DNA of 64,000 nucleotides from Octopus sinensis (GCF_006345805.1 NC_043004.1:248001-312000), one strand, 5' to 3'; counted from the first letter of the stretch, positions 39,296 to 52,907 are shown. The notes: generated by a model not told the origin, from the letters alone. Made by a program: numbers and translations.

Positions 39296-40353
39296 ATATA
39301 TAACAACACCATGCCACGATAAAACAAGCAACATTAAATTTATCATCATTAACATCCTACTCATCATCATCATCATCGCCTTTATCGTGCAGATCGCCAT
39401 CACCATCGTCTTTAACAACAATAACAAGAAATGCGACGATAGAGATGACAACGAAGAGAAACTGCAAAAGAAAAACACTAAACAACAACAACAACAACAA
39501 CAATAACAACAACAGCAGCAAACATTACTAAACTGACAGAGAAACAATAACGACAGAAATTGATGAATACAAACAGCTGGAGAAAACAATTAGCAACAAC
39601 AACAATAGCAACAACAATAGCAACAATAACAACAACAACATAATTCAGAGATCTGCTGCCAGAAGAAGTTAGCAATATTTACAAAAAAAAACGAATAAAA
39701 CTAAACGTTCTTGGGGCGGGGTGGCGGGGTGGCGGGGTGGCGGGGGTGGCGAGGCACTGAAAAATCTGGTGTGGAAAGAAGGGTGTATCTAGCTAAAATA
39801 TAAAGCAGATTGAGATGGAACATGAAAGACATAGACAACGAAGAAACAACGGAATTGGTGTGAAGAGCGAAAAGAAGAAGAAAAATGAAGAAAAAAAAAG
39901 CAGGGGAAAGTGGAGAGAGGGGGGTGAAGGAAAAACGAAAAACGAAAAACGAAAAACGAAAAAGTGAACTTTACTGTCAATGTAGCGTGGCAAGTAAGCA
40001 GCACGTTGAAGAGAGGGAGAGGAAAAGGCGGGGGTGGGGGAACGGTTGGAATATACATACACATATATATATTATGTGCATATATATATATAAATTGTGT
40101 GTGTGTATATATATATATATATATGCATATATATATATGCATATATATATATATGCATTATATATATATATATATATATAAATATGCATATATATATATA
40201 TATATAAATACGCACACACACATACATATATATATGCATACGCACACATATATTACATCTTTACGTATGCATATATATATGTATATTTTATACATATATA
40301 TATATGTGTGGGGTTTGTGTGTGTGTATGTGTGTATATATAGATATACACACA

Positions 40354-40428
<75 letters not shown>

Positions 40429-40446
40429 GTGTATGTGTATATATAT

Positions 40447-40673
40447 TCTTTTATTCTTTTGTCTGTTTCAGTCATTTTCACTGCGGTCATGCTGGAGTAC
40501 CGCCTTTAGTCGAGCAAGTTAACCCCTGGACTTATTCTTTGTAAGCCTAGTACCTATTCTATTGGTTCCTTTTGCCGAACCGCTAACGTACGGGGACGTA
40601 AACGCACCAGCATCGGTTGTCAAACGATGTTGTGTGGGGGTGGGTGGACACACAAACATACACAGACGCAGAC

Positions 40674-40718
<45 letters not shown>

Positions 40719-40882
40719 CGATGGGCTTCTTTCAATTTCCATCAACCAAATCCACTCAGAAGGCTTTGGTTGTCCCGAGGCTATAGTAGAAGACACTTGC
40801 CCAAGGCGCCACGCAGTGAGACTGAACCCGGAACCATGTGGTTGGTAAGCAATCTACTAACCACACAGCCACTCCTGCGTCT
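40447..40882 (-). mobile_element. SINE family A, full length
   Basis: Reverse complement head-to-tail homology. Confidence 0.9.
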
Positions 40883-40901
40883 CTCTCTCTCTCTCTCTCA
40901 C

Positions 40902-40969
<68 letters not shown>

Positions 40970-41149
40970 GATAGATAGATAGAGAGAGAGAGAGAGAATG
41001 AGAGGTGGTGATGGAGCGCTGAGTGAGCCAGTCGCAATTGGCCGGAGAGATTATAATTTCTCAGATAAAGAGAGTCCCACTTACAGAGCTAAGCCTTTTT
41101 CCCCCCAATAAACCATTGCAATCGAAACATGTCGTCCCGTTCAAATTTA

Positions 41150-41830
41150 TGTCCGTAATAAATTTGACGACTTTGCTGCATAATTTGAAAGTTATCTGCA
41201 GTAAGAACTTTTTTCATTATTGCATATAATTTAATGATTTAACAACCAACCGTACCCCCAACCACAACACACGTGCTCGTTTTTATTGCAAACACGCATC
41301 ACGCACAAAAATCCTTCATTAGCTCATTGACTACCATTGTTTAGCGTCAGGTCAGTCTTTGTCATGAAGACTAACGAGCGAAAGCCTTTCGTCCGTGACC
41401 ATCCCAAAACTTTCTGTGTTTCTGGAAAGATCTTCAAACATCTCCTTGATCTTGGCCGCCAGCTACGCTTTGGTGTTGCAAGCAGAGCTGTTGGTGGCTT
41501 TCTCAACTCTACTTCACATACAGTAATCCACGAGATTACTGTCGGGGTGGCAGGGGATTAGGAAACTAGGAATCGGGGCTGATGAAATCGTAGAGATTCT
41601 CCGTCAGTAACTTCTGACTCTGCAGGAATGGCAAGGAGCCGAACCCTGCTACGACGCGTCCAATGCAACTTCACCATTTTATAAAACTAAGGGAAGTTTG
41701 GCTTAGTGAAACTTGTCTACTATTTCTGGATGGTCGAGCAACCACGTCGATGTCTCTTCGTTATCTTGTTATCATTATCACCAGGATTTATGAAGTTACC
41801 GATGAAAATATGGGCAGTATTTTCATCACT
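41150..41830 (-). mobile_element. Degenerate Tc1/mariner (maT/DD37D-like) fragment
   Basis: QGSAPCHS, NLVDY and AKIKEMFEDLSR remnants, homologous to 42850-43020. Confidence 0.65.
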
Positions 41831-42696
41831 GCTCGGAAAGCTAACTCACAAACTGCGGGTGAAATTACAAGCAAATTAAAACCTTTGATAATTTTTTGTG
41901 AGACGCGCTGCCCTCAACATGTGAGATTGACAAAGATGACTTAATACAACGTTCAGACATTCAGTGAACTTGCAGAGGATAAATTTGACATAATTTTCAT
42001 AATTAAAAGCAGAGAAAAGGCTGGTGAACTGAGATAAGAGCCAGAGCACCAGCCAAAACACCTTGCGATATTTCCTTCGAATGTTCTGAGTTCAAATTCC
42101 ACCGATGTCGATTTTTGCCTTTCAGCTGCCCCGCCCCAACCTCCCCCGGCTTGATAAAAATAAAGTCAGATACACTTTTAACTCAACAATGTACTTTTGT
42201 CTTGAGTAAGATGGAGTCGATGTAAGCCTCCGGTTTTAGTGGATTAAATACTGCATCTGGGTTTCGATTTCTGTCCACAGTCATACGTCATTTACATTGC
42301 ACCCTGAATTTTCCTTGAGAAAATCTTATGTATCGCCCCCTCACTGTAACCTTTCTTCTCTTCCACCAATAAATCCTAAATTAAATATTAAAAGAAGTCA
42401 ATAAGACCAGTTTTGTTATTGTTATTCTTTTTGTAAAACCCTACTTTAGAAGTTTATACTCTGCTTCACGGTTTAATACCTACTTCAATACTTACTCATG
42501 TAAAGATGTAAAAAGAAACATAAATTGAAATAACTAGGGATGGGGAAAGTAGCTGTTTTAGTAAATTAACATCATTCAAAATAAAAATTGTCTGATTTTC
42601 TTAAGAAAGAATAGATTAGTGAGAATGGAAACCCAACCAGCGGATTCAAGCTTAACAAAATTTATGTTTCTCTGTAACTTTCGTTATACACACATA

Positions 42697-43447
42697 CAGA
42701 GTGTCCGGGCGAAATTTGACAGTTTGCAATTTGACAGTTTCCAAAAATGAAATTATTAAAAAAATCGAAAAGTTTGAACTAGATTACGGCTGGTAGATAA
42801 CAGTTTATTCAAAGTAGCCGCCCCCAGCTTCTACCTGGCCTCAATATGGCTCCGGAACCTGGTGCACACGTTCCTCGCTGTATCTCTGGAAAGATCTTCA
42901 AAGACCTCCTTGATCTTGGCCACCAGCTCAGCCTTGGCGTTGCAAGCAGAGCGGTTGGTGACTTTCTCAATTATGCGCTACACGTAATAATCCATGGGAT
43001 TACAATTCGGCGTTGTGGGGATATGAGAGCATAAATCAGTTTGACCACAGTCTCCACCATCTTCGCATAGCCATCTGAATTGAGGCTAAGGCAGTTGTTA
43101 GAAGAGTGTCCACATACGGTCACAGTCAGAATGCCTGTTTTGTCCCTTCCTGCTATTGTAGCAAATTATTGCAGCTGCTTATGTCACGTCTTATGGCAGT
43201 GTTCACAGAGCATTGAGCAGCAATCATGATGTCAGCATTTTAATACCCGGCACAAATCATCATGATACAAATAACTGTTTTCCAATATTCAAATGGCTTC
43301 CTTTCCTTCCATGTCAGCTAGCTTTTTCTCAACGAAAACTTTAATCTCCATGCTCTTGAACGTCGTTGATAGTTCATCAATACATCAAGCTGTTCTTGAA
43401 TAAAGAAAGAAACATAAGGAATCGTCAAATTTAACCCGAACACCATG
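42697..43447 (-). mobile_element. Internally deleted Tc1/mariner (maT/DD37D-like) element with TIRs and TA TSD
   Basis: TA|cagagtgtccgggcgaaatttgac ... gtcaaatttaacccgaacaccatg|TA; CNPMDYY...AELVAKIKEVFEDLSR...EAGGGYFE*. Confidence 0.85.
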
Positions 43448-43697
43448 TACTTAATACTGATACTAATACATAAGTAGGTCACGCATTTTGTTGGAATACG
43501 ATTATAGTCGATTATATTGGCTACAAAGCTTATGGGATTAATAATAACAAAGTCGGCCTCGACTAAACTGTAAGGGCTGTAAAAAAAGTGTATTACGAAC
43601 TATACCGTTCTACTTCACTTGCATTTTTAAATAAGTAATGTACTGCCCTAAGTCCCCAGGACACCTGGGGCATGTTACTCGGTTTCCATGGCATATA

Positions 43698-44580
43698 CGT
43701 GGTCTGATCAATAAGTATCCGATCTGTTGTCATAGTAACGAAGCTAAAGCATGCAGAGTGAAGCCGCTTGGCACAGATTGACCTTGAACTCTATTGTACA
43801 TGCACACTAAGTTTTAACATTCTATCTCACTTCCGCTGTTTACAGCAGTGCTTGGAAGGAAGGTGTGTAGTGTGTGATAGTCGCATTGACCATGACAGAG
43901 AAATTTGAGCAGAGAATGTCCATCAAATTTTGCCAGAAGTTTGGTGATACCTGCTCAGAGGCCTGTGCAAAGTTTTCGAAATGTTTTCATCGTTTTCGAC
44001 ACAGTCAAGGAGATCTTGTGCAACGCAAACCCGAGTGTCTCTTTGATCAGTTGAAGGCAGTCTTGGCACAAACTTGGAAGACACGCGTCTCATACCCAAA
44101 TCTTTAGTGATAATAGACTGAACTGAACCGTAACTCATCTGCACATCCTCTGATAACTCAGGGATGGTGATTCGAGGATTTCTCCTCACAGCTGCACGCA
44201 CATCTGCGATGATTTTCTTGGTTTTGCTGGTTGCGGGTCTCTCAAAAGGTTCGTCAATATCGACATTTTTTCTGTCATCTTGGAAACGTCTGAACCACTC
44301 GTACACTTGTGTGCAGCCCATATACTCCTCTCCATACACTTTCTGCAACATTGTATAGGCTTCTGAGCAGATATCGCCATGACAACTTTCTCTGTTATGG
44401 TCAATACGACGATCACACGCTACACACATTCCTTCTAAGCTGTGGAAGTTAGCTAGAGCGTTAAAACTTACTGCGCATGCACAGCGGAGGTCAAGGTCAA
44501 TTTGTGCCAAGCGGCTTTAGTCTACGGGCTTTAGCCTCGTTACTATAGCAACAGTCCGGATACTTATTGATCAAATCTCT
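43698..44580. mobile_element. Mariner composite of two inward-facing 5' ends with transposase N-terminal HTH remnants
   Basis: TIR ctgatcaataagtatccg at both ends; plus strand MTEKFEQRMSIKFC; minus strand VYEWFRRF...GMRRVSSKFVPRL. Confidence 0.85.
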
Positions 44581-47112
44581 TAAGTGACCGAAATCTCAAT
44601 ATTCCCCTTGAACGAGACACCAGTCCGTTGCAGGGTTATATGTTTACAGCTGAGTGGACTGGAGCAACGTGAAATAAACTGTTTTGCTCAAAAACATAAT
44701 GCTCTGCCTAGACCAGGAATCGAAACGATGATCTTGCTTGTTCACTAATCCATGAGCCTTCACAGATTTCGTAGTATAAGATAAATGGAAAGCGCTCGTG
44801 TCCCCTGATATTCCCAAACGTAAAGGAATCCAAATCTTTAACAGTGCATCAAAACAACGCTGCTGACGAAATATATCTCGGATCCCTCAAGTGATCCTTC
44901 TAGGTTGCTAGTAAATAGATGGAAGGAAGTCATAGATAAACAGGGAAAATACATTGATGATTAAATTTCAATTAAATATAACATTTGATCACTTGTTTTC
45001 TTTATTCAAAATTCGAACAGAACTTAAGGGATGACCTGATATATCATTCATTGATATTTCATACACATTCGCATTGATGCTATAGTTTCAAAAAAACTAA
45101 AACGTTTATTATTGCAATCGAACAGAAAAGGATAAATATGCTTTTTTTCAGCAATCCTCTTTTGGGTCTTTTCAAAAAATTTATCATAATTTCCAAAATA
45201 ATTCACAAATGAAAAAAATTTAAATACAATATATTATTTTAACTCCTAAGACACCTGACAAATCCAGAAAATATGAATGAACAATTTTGCAGTTAATGGG
45301 TTAAGGAAACTCTTATTACTCAGGACGCATAAAGCAACGATTTACTAAAAGGCTGTAAACAAGCATGAACGTCTAAGACAAACTTATGAAAGTGTTTTGG
45401 ACAGGGAAAGGGTTAAATTTAGTCGGAGCAGTATCTGTGATCAGCTAACATATTCGGCTGTTCATTGGAATTTCGGTGGTAGAAGCTTATCTAGTGACTT
45501 CGTTGCGTCATTTCTCTAGCTCCAAGGAGAGAGTCTCCACGTTGATCTGCTGCAAACAACAACCAAATTTTTTTCAAATATCCCCTTACTCTCTTAAAAA
45601 AGCAGGTCAGTTTGGGAAATGAAGTCCCATATACATCGTATCACCGTATCGTCCTAGAAATAAAGACAGCATCGGTATAGTCGTTCTAAATGCGCTGCAT
45701 GGTTAATAGAATAGATGGTCACGACTGAAACGCCTTTGATCATAGGTTTTTGATCATTGTTGACGTGGTGTTAAATAGCTGAGTATTTCAAATTGTTTCA
45801 GTTTCGGAGAAGAACGATTAAGAAACATGTTTAGTACCGGATACAGTTTAGTCGGGTGACGAGAAAAGAAAAAAAAGGCATTTGCCACATCGGCAACGGA
45901 GGCGGGGGTACGGAGCTTACTAGAAACTGGAATGGATGTGGTAGCGGAAGAAGTGACAGAGAAAAGAAACAGCGCCTCTATGAGCGAGTTACTCTCGTAC
46001 TTTACTAAGTCGGTTGGATGGCTTTTTATTGGTTCTAAACTAGGATGTTTGCATATGTAACAGTTTCACCGTACCAGAGGAGGGGTATTCCAGAATAGGT
46101 CACAATTTAAACTATTTTAAATGTCAGCAACCGATCAAAACGAAAGTATTTTCTCGCTCTTTGAAAAAGAAATCTTGTTTTCTGAAGATGCACATTTCGC
46201 GGTATTGTAATGTGTGTGTGTGTGTGTGTGGCCATCACGCGAGCGTTATTGAGATTGTGAGGCCGAGAATATGTAACGACTCTGAGAATGTTAACAATGT
46301 GTTATTGATATGCCAGGAAGTTGTAATGCAAAACTGTTTCCTTGTGATACGTAAGCGATAGTGTCTCGGTATTATTTTAAAGACAACTATTTTGCCTTGA
46401 TTCCATTGGAATATATCTTTGAGCTTTCTGTTCTTGGAGACAGTGTAACAGAATGTCGTAAGATGCATGTGGTTGTAGCCTGCAATTGGGTAAGATAAGG
46501 GGAAGTAAAGAGTGATATCAGATATACAGAAATGTGATACTGAAAGCGACGATTCTGAAGGTGATATTTAACCCCATATCAGCTTTGATTGATCAGACCT
46601 GTGATGAACGGCGTTCTAACTGCGAGCATCTCGCCTTCCTTTCGAGTATAGTTTACAAAAAAAAAGAGAAAAAAAACACTAATGTATCTTTCGTTTCTAT
46701 GATAAGAGGCAATAAAAGGAGGGAAAACTTGTTATTTCTTCTGTTGGGTGGAGACGAATCCTTCTACATTAGTTTGAGTATGTGTTGTGAGATGCGACAA
46801 CGAGATCGTGAAGATACAGTAAAATATGTTATCTAATGAGGATACAAGGGTGAAAGCCACAAAACTGAATTCATCATCTTGAGAAAGGTTCTCGTAGAGA
46901 CATATACTGGCAAAAGGCACGGATGTATGTGAGTTGCATACAGTAAAATACGGCAAAAACAGTTCTGCGCTGTATCAAAAACTTTATGCATTTCTTTTAC
47001 TGGTTTCAAAATTACACAGTGGCCATACTGGGGCACCACTTCGAAGAATTTTCAGTTGAATGAATCGACTTCAGACTTTTTTCTTTTATTTATTTATTTA
47101 TTTATTTATTTT

Positions 47113-47432
47113 GTTAGCCTGGCGCTTATTCTATCGGCTTCTTTTTACCGAACTGCTGAGTTACGGAAACGTAAATACACCAATACATGTTGTCAAGCGA
47201 TGGGGGAGGGGCGGACACAGACTCAAAAACACTCGCACAGGGACATACATACATACCTACATACACACACGACGGACTTCTTTCAGTTTCCGTCTTCTAA
47301 AGTCACTCACAAGCCATTAGTCAGCCCGAGGTTATAGTGGAACACACTCGCCCAAGGTGCCACGCTGTGGGATTGAACCCGGAACCATGTGGTTCGGAAG
47401 CAAGCTTCTTACCACAAAGCCACACCTGCGCC
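47113..47432 (-). mobile_element. SINE family A
   Basis: Reverse complement homology. Confidence 0.85.
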
Positions 47433-48999
47433 AATTAATTCGCGTCTACTTTTTGAATATCATTTTTTCGATGTTAACACTTTGGGGTGGGGATTTCTCG
47501 TGGGTCAATTGGATAGTTAAAATAAATCTACTGCAAATCCTTCCATATAAAATTAATCCCTACCTTAATCCAGAAATTAATGTCATTTCAAGGATTTCGT
47601 ATTTAAGGTCCAGATCGACGCATGACGAGTGAAACTCATGGAAATCACACATTTTGTAAACATTCTTATAAAGATCTTCATAACATTCTTTATAGTAAAG
47701 GCGCTAGACCTAGTGCTTAAAAAATGCTGCGATCGTAAGGTCGGGATTTCGATTACTGGACCAGGCTTTGCAGTATGTTCTTGAGCAAAACACTTCATTT
47801 CACGCAATTCCAGTCCGCTCAGCTGTTAAAGGGTAACTCTGCGACCGATTAACGTCGCGTTCAAGTAAAATGTTTTGGTATCGGGTAATCGAGGCAGTAG
47901 TTTACTTTACTTACTTAACATTTCTTTGTTATATCAAAGAGTTCGATTATGTCTTCGACTTTGTTCCATAGTTAAGGTAACACTCGAAAACACGAGTAAA
48001 CGAGTAAAGAAATATTGTCACCGTCCTCATAGCACGGCAGCAACAGCAAGTGCCATTACCATCGTTTGCTTCAGTTTCAGCCACTTTAACCCCTTAACTA
48101 GAACTGTTATAAGTAAAACGCAACTTGTTTTCGCGCCAGCACACCATAATGACACTTCCATTCGCCAGAGAATTTTTACTGTTCATTCCACTAAAACAAC
48201 TTTTCTAAGTTTATTGTGACCTAGCAAACTTTGTTAATATGTGATGTTCCCTAGCAAACAGTCTATAAAAGGGAGATAATCATTTCTTGATAATATTTGG
48301 TGGGATTAGCGATTTAAAATAAAAGAATGATGGAAAAGCAACATTTATTTATTTATTTATTGCTATTCAGCGATAATCGTATATAGCACTACTTCATTCT
48401 TTTTAGAAACCATCAGCATGGCATAACCGAAGTACATTAATAAGACATTTTGTGAAACGCGACTTTTCTAATAGATGGTAAAAAAAATTACAGACTGGAA
48501 AAATTCATGGAATATATGTTTTTCGTTTCTTTCTTTTCTTCCTTTTCCTGCTCAGAACGTTAGTGGATTAGCAATCGAGAGAGAAAAGAAATTTCTTAGT
48601 CTCTACGTGCAAGGTAACAATTCTCAGGGAGTGCCACCTTGTGAAGCTGTCATAAAGTAGCTAATGTTTTAATTTTAGCAACAAACGAAATCCACAAGCC
48701 ATTTTCATTATATTCTTTCAAGCATAGATATTGGTTTCAAGCTGCTGTTTCATGGTAGTAATTTCTCGTTACGCAATGGAAGAGATGTGTCTTCGTAAAC
48801 ATAACGCTTTGACTTTCCATCGACAGTAAGTTGGTTATTTCGAATTCACTATAAGAGTTTTTCAAACCCGTAGTGTCTCCTAGCAGGCAGTTAATGTAAG
48901 GGAGATAACCATTTCTTCGTAATATTTGGCAGGATTAGAAGCTGAATAAAGGAATAAGGAAAAAAACTAATAAGTGTTTAGTAAAGTATATGTGTGTGC

Positions 49000-49168
49000 A
49001 GGCGCAGAAGTGGCCGTGTGATAAGTAGCTTGCTTACCAACCACATGGTTCCGGGTTCAGTCCCACTGCGTGACACCTTGGACAAGTGTCTTTTACTATA
49101 TAGCCTCGGGCTGACCAAAGCCTTGTGAGTGGATTTGGTAGACGGAAACTGAAAGAATCCCGTCGTAC

Positions 49169-49265
<97 letters not shown>

Positions 49266-49449
49266 TGTGTCAACATCGCTTGACAACTGATACTGGTGTG
49301 TTTACATCTCCGTAACTTAGCGGTTCGGCAAAAGAGTCCGATAGAATAAGTACTACGCTTACAAAGAATAAGTCCTGGGGTCGATTTGCTCGACTAAAGG
49401 CGATGCTCCAGCATGGCCGCAGTCAAATGACTGAAACAAGTAAAAGAGT
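49000..49449 (+). mobile_element. SINE family A, full length, close to the apparent consensus
   Basis: Head-to-tail homology with an internal (TA)n(TG)n tract. Confidence 0.9.
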
Positions 49450-49521
49450 GTATATTTCGGAAAGACTTGTTATTTATCTGTGTATTACCTATCTTTCTTT
49501 CAACAGCAGATCTAACTTTCG

Positions 49522-49571
<50 letters not shown>

Positions 49572-50172
49572 TTATTTATTTATTTATTTATCTATCATTT
49601 CAAAGCATTTACATGTCTCTTCACTGCACCGTTTCTCGATCATATTTCTCTTACAAGTGAATCCACCCCCAACATATCACTGATAGTGATTACAACGACC
49701 GTGTATGAGAGTAACCAAAACCCACCTATTTCCCTAGATGGGATTTGAACCCAGAAAAATTAAACTGAACTTTAGAAGGTATTTAGATAGAGACTATGGC
49801 GTTCCTCTAGCGTAACTGTTCCTTAATTAACTTATAGAAATAAACAATTAGCTTAGTTATTATTCGAAATAACTCTGCTGAATACAGAACTGAGCACCGG
49901 AAATATATCTAGTTTTATGGGCGGCAGGTACAGACAGCTGAAACGAAAGACATGCACAGTGTGAGAGGGGACGGGAGAGAGACTGGTACATGCATTACAA
50001 GTATATACACAAATTTACACACGTAAAGCGTGCGCGCGCACACATGTATATACGGCGTGCGTATTATTGTCCGTTTGTATGTGTGTGCGTATATATTATG
50101 TATGTATATATATATATATATATATATGTAAAAAAGAAGTTTGAAAACGCCACTATATTAGATAAATTTTAA

Positions 50173-50217
50173 TTTTACATGTTTCGGTTCTTGAAATAAC
50201 GAACCTTATCAAAAAAA
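50173..50217 (-). ncRNA. HHR-like motif with U3-A8 core covariation
   Basis: Minus: ttt-TTGATAA-GGTTC-gttatttcaa-GAACC-GAAA-C-AT-G-T-A^AAA; stem I only 3 A-U pairs. Confidence 0.45.
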
Positions 50218-50468
50218 TTTATAATAAACAGTATAATGGAACAGTTCATAATTGTTACATACATTCAATAGAATCCATGTTCTTAAAAAGGCGAACCTTA
50301 TCAAATATATTATAAAGAGTATAATAGAAAAAATCCATAGTCGTTCCTTACTGTTTTGCCGAGTGTAGTGGAAAGGTTAATTATAGATTTTACCTTGTGT
50401 TACATTGGAAGCAACAGTAGTGATTCTATATATATATATATATATACCTATTCATATATATATATATG

Positions 50469-50508
<40 letters not shown>

Positions 50509-50559
50509 GTATATATTATATATATTGTATATATGTATGTATATATATATATATATATG

Positions 50560-50622
<63 letters not shown>

Positions 50623-50682
50623 GCATATACACACACACATATAGGCGGACAGACATACAGACATAGATAGATAGATAGATTG

Positions 50683-50715
<33 letters not shown>

Positions 50716-50969
50716 CATACATACATACATACATACATACATACATACATACATACATACACATACATACATACATATGTTTCTTTATTGGCCACACTGG
50801 GCTGAACACAGAGGGGACAAAATACAAAGAAGAGCTTTTCTTGTTGGGAAGGAAAAAGAAAAAAGAAAAATGTGGGGTAGAATTTCGATCAAATGTATAT
50901 TCCTAACTTTATGATATTAGCTGATTCGAAGTACTGCCGCCAATTATAATATTGATATAATATGATATA

Positions 50970-51517
50970 CGAGGGTGAGTCAAAAAGTAATACCATTTTG
51001 TTTAGGACGGGTATAATTACCAACACAGGAACCCGTATCATACATCAAAATGAAGCTGGTCCTCTGTAGATCACATCCCTACTTCCCAACATAGTTACCG
51101 TTTCTCTTAGTAGCAATGTTCCACCTTCGAATGAGAGCATGTATCCCTGCCCCGTAAAATTCTGTTCACTGTTCTTTCATCCACTTCTTCACTACAGTTT
51201 TCACTTCCTCAGCACTGGACTATCATCTCTTCGGCCCCATGGAGGGGGGTTTGAGAGGCAAACATTATTCCTGTGACGAGAAAGTGAAAATTGTAGTGAA
51301 GAAGTGGCTCAAAGAACAGTCACAGAATTTTACGGGGCAGGGATGCATACTCTCATTCGAATGTGGAACATTACTATTGAGAGGAACGGTGACTATGTTG
51401 AGAAGTAGGGATGTGATCCACAGAGGACCAGCTTCACTTTCATGTATGATACATGTTCCTGTGTTGATAATTATACCTGTGCTAAACAAAATGGCATTAC
51501 TTTTTCACTCACGCTCG
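50970..51517. mobile_element. Mariner-derived palindromic non-autonomous element made of two 3' ends
   Basis: TA|cgagggtgagtcaaaaagtaat ... attactttttcactcacgctcg|TA; arms 50970-51210 / 51278-51517; DYHLFGPM...NGDYVEK* remnant. Confidence 0.9.
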
Positions 51518-51752
51518 TATATATCATATTTAGTATTATATATATCTTAATGTAGGATAAAAAAATTTTCGGGAAAATGGCCAGCATATCAAAAAATACC
51601 TTTAAAGGTTAAATTTATAAATAATTTACAAGATAAGGGCAAAAAGAAAATTCTAATGCCAAATATGCCGAAAAAAAGACAAAACTTTTCAATAACCATT
51701 ATAATTTATGCGTCTCGAAACAAACCGATAGAAATCTCTAAAAAATTCGTTA

Positions 51753-51814
51753 TTACCGTATTGGTCCAATTTCGGGGGTTAATTAATAATAAATTTTCCC
51801 CTCTTCAGCGGCAA
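51753..51814 (-). ncRNA. Type I hammerhead ribozyme, canonical core
   Basis: Reverse complement of the motif at 52334-52394. Confidence 0.83.
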
Positions 51815-52333
51815 ATACGCGAGATATAAGTGAAATACTTACTCATATCCATGGAAAAAGCAAGCACTAAGTCCTGAGCAGACCTAAGTACCCCAAATAT
51901 ATCCAAAATAGGAAAATCTTCGGCACATCTCGAGCACGTGTGATTCGAACTAGAAACTTTCACAGAATGAGAGAATCCGGAAGTGAATACTATTCTATTT
52001 ATAACTTAATGTAGGATAAAATTTTTTTCGGGAAAAAAATTATATCAATGGCCAGCATATCAAAAAATACCTTTAAAAGTTAAATTTATAAATAATTTAC
52101 AAGATAAGGGCAAAAGAAAACTTCTAATGTCAAATATGCCGAAAAAAAGACAAAACTTTTCAATAACCATTATAATTTATGCGTCTCGAAACAAACCGAT
52201 AGAAATCTCGTGTCTCGAGATGTGCCGAAGATTTTTCTATTTTGGATATATTTGGGGTACTTAGGTCTGCTCAGGACATAGTGCTTGCTTTTTCCATGGA
52301 TATGAGTAAGTATTTCACTTATATCTCGCGTAT

Positions 52334-52394
52334 TTGCCGCTGAAGAGGGGAAAATTTATTATTAATTAACCCCGAAATTGGACCAATACGGTAA
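52334..52394 (+). ncRNA. Type I hammerhead ribozyme, canonical core
   Basis: TTGCCG-CTGAAGA-GGGG[19 nt]CCCC-GAAA-TTGG-A-CCAA-T-A^CGGTAA. Confidence 0.85.
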
Positions 52395-52539
52395 TAACGA
52401 ATTTTTTAGAGATTTCTATCGGTTTGTTTCGAGACGCATACATTATAATGGTTATTGTATAGTATTATATATAGATATATAATATATATGTGGGTATATA
52501 AATACGTGTGTGAGGGTACGTATAAGTAAATATCGTTAT

Positions 52540-52903
52540 GGCACTCCGTCGGTTACGATGGCAAGGGTTCTAGTTGGTCCGATCAACGGAACAGCCTGCT
52601 CGTGAAATTAACGTGCAAGTGACTGAGCACTCCACAGACACGTGTATCCTTAACGTAGTTCTCGGGGAGATTTAACGTGACACAGAGTGTGACAAGGCTG
52701 GCCCCTTTGAAATAGAGGTACAACAACAGAAACAGGAAGAAACACTGAGAGAAAGTCGTGGTGAAAGAGTACAGTAAGGTTCGCCACCAACCCCTGCCGG
52801 TGCCTTGTGATTTCACTCAATAAACACTCAGAACTCCCGGTCTGGGAATCGAAACCGCGATATTCTACGACCGCGAATCCACTGCCTTAACCGCTGCGCT
52901 TCC
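52540..52903 (-). mobile_element. SINE with family C-like tRNA head and a different 3' tail
   Basis: Minus head ggttaaggcagtggattcgcggtcg...ggtttcgattcccagaccggg; tail differs from 7032-7342. Confidence 0.75.
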
Positions 52904-52907
52904 ATAT

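Larger units (their letters stand above)
51546..52457. mobile_element. PLE-pLTR/retrozyme-like complex: 459-bp-period direct repeat plus ~245-bp inverted repeat
   Basis: cttaatgtaggataaaa at 51546 and 52005; 51690-51934 inverted at 52214-52457. Confidence 0.88.

Noticed and set aside
44960-45420. Possible piggyBac-like end (ggaaaggg|TTAA)
   Set aside because: No matching opposite terminus found, so the boundaries cannot be supported.
45860-46060. Promoter-like GC/CCAAT motifs (also 6740-6815 and 25930-26040)
   Set aside because: Short motifs are expected by chance and no linked exon structure could be established.
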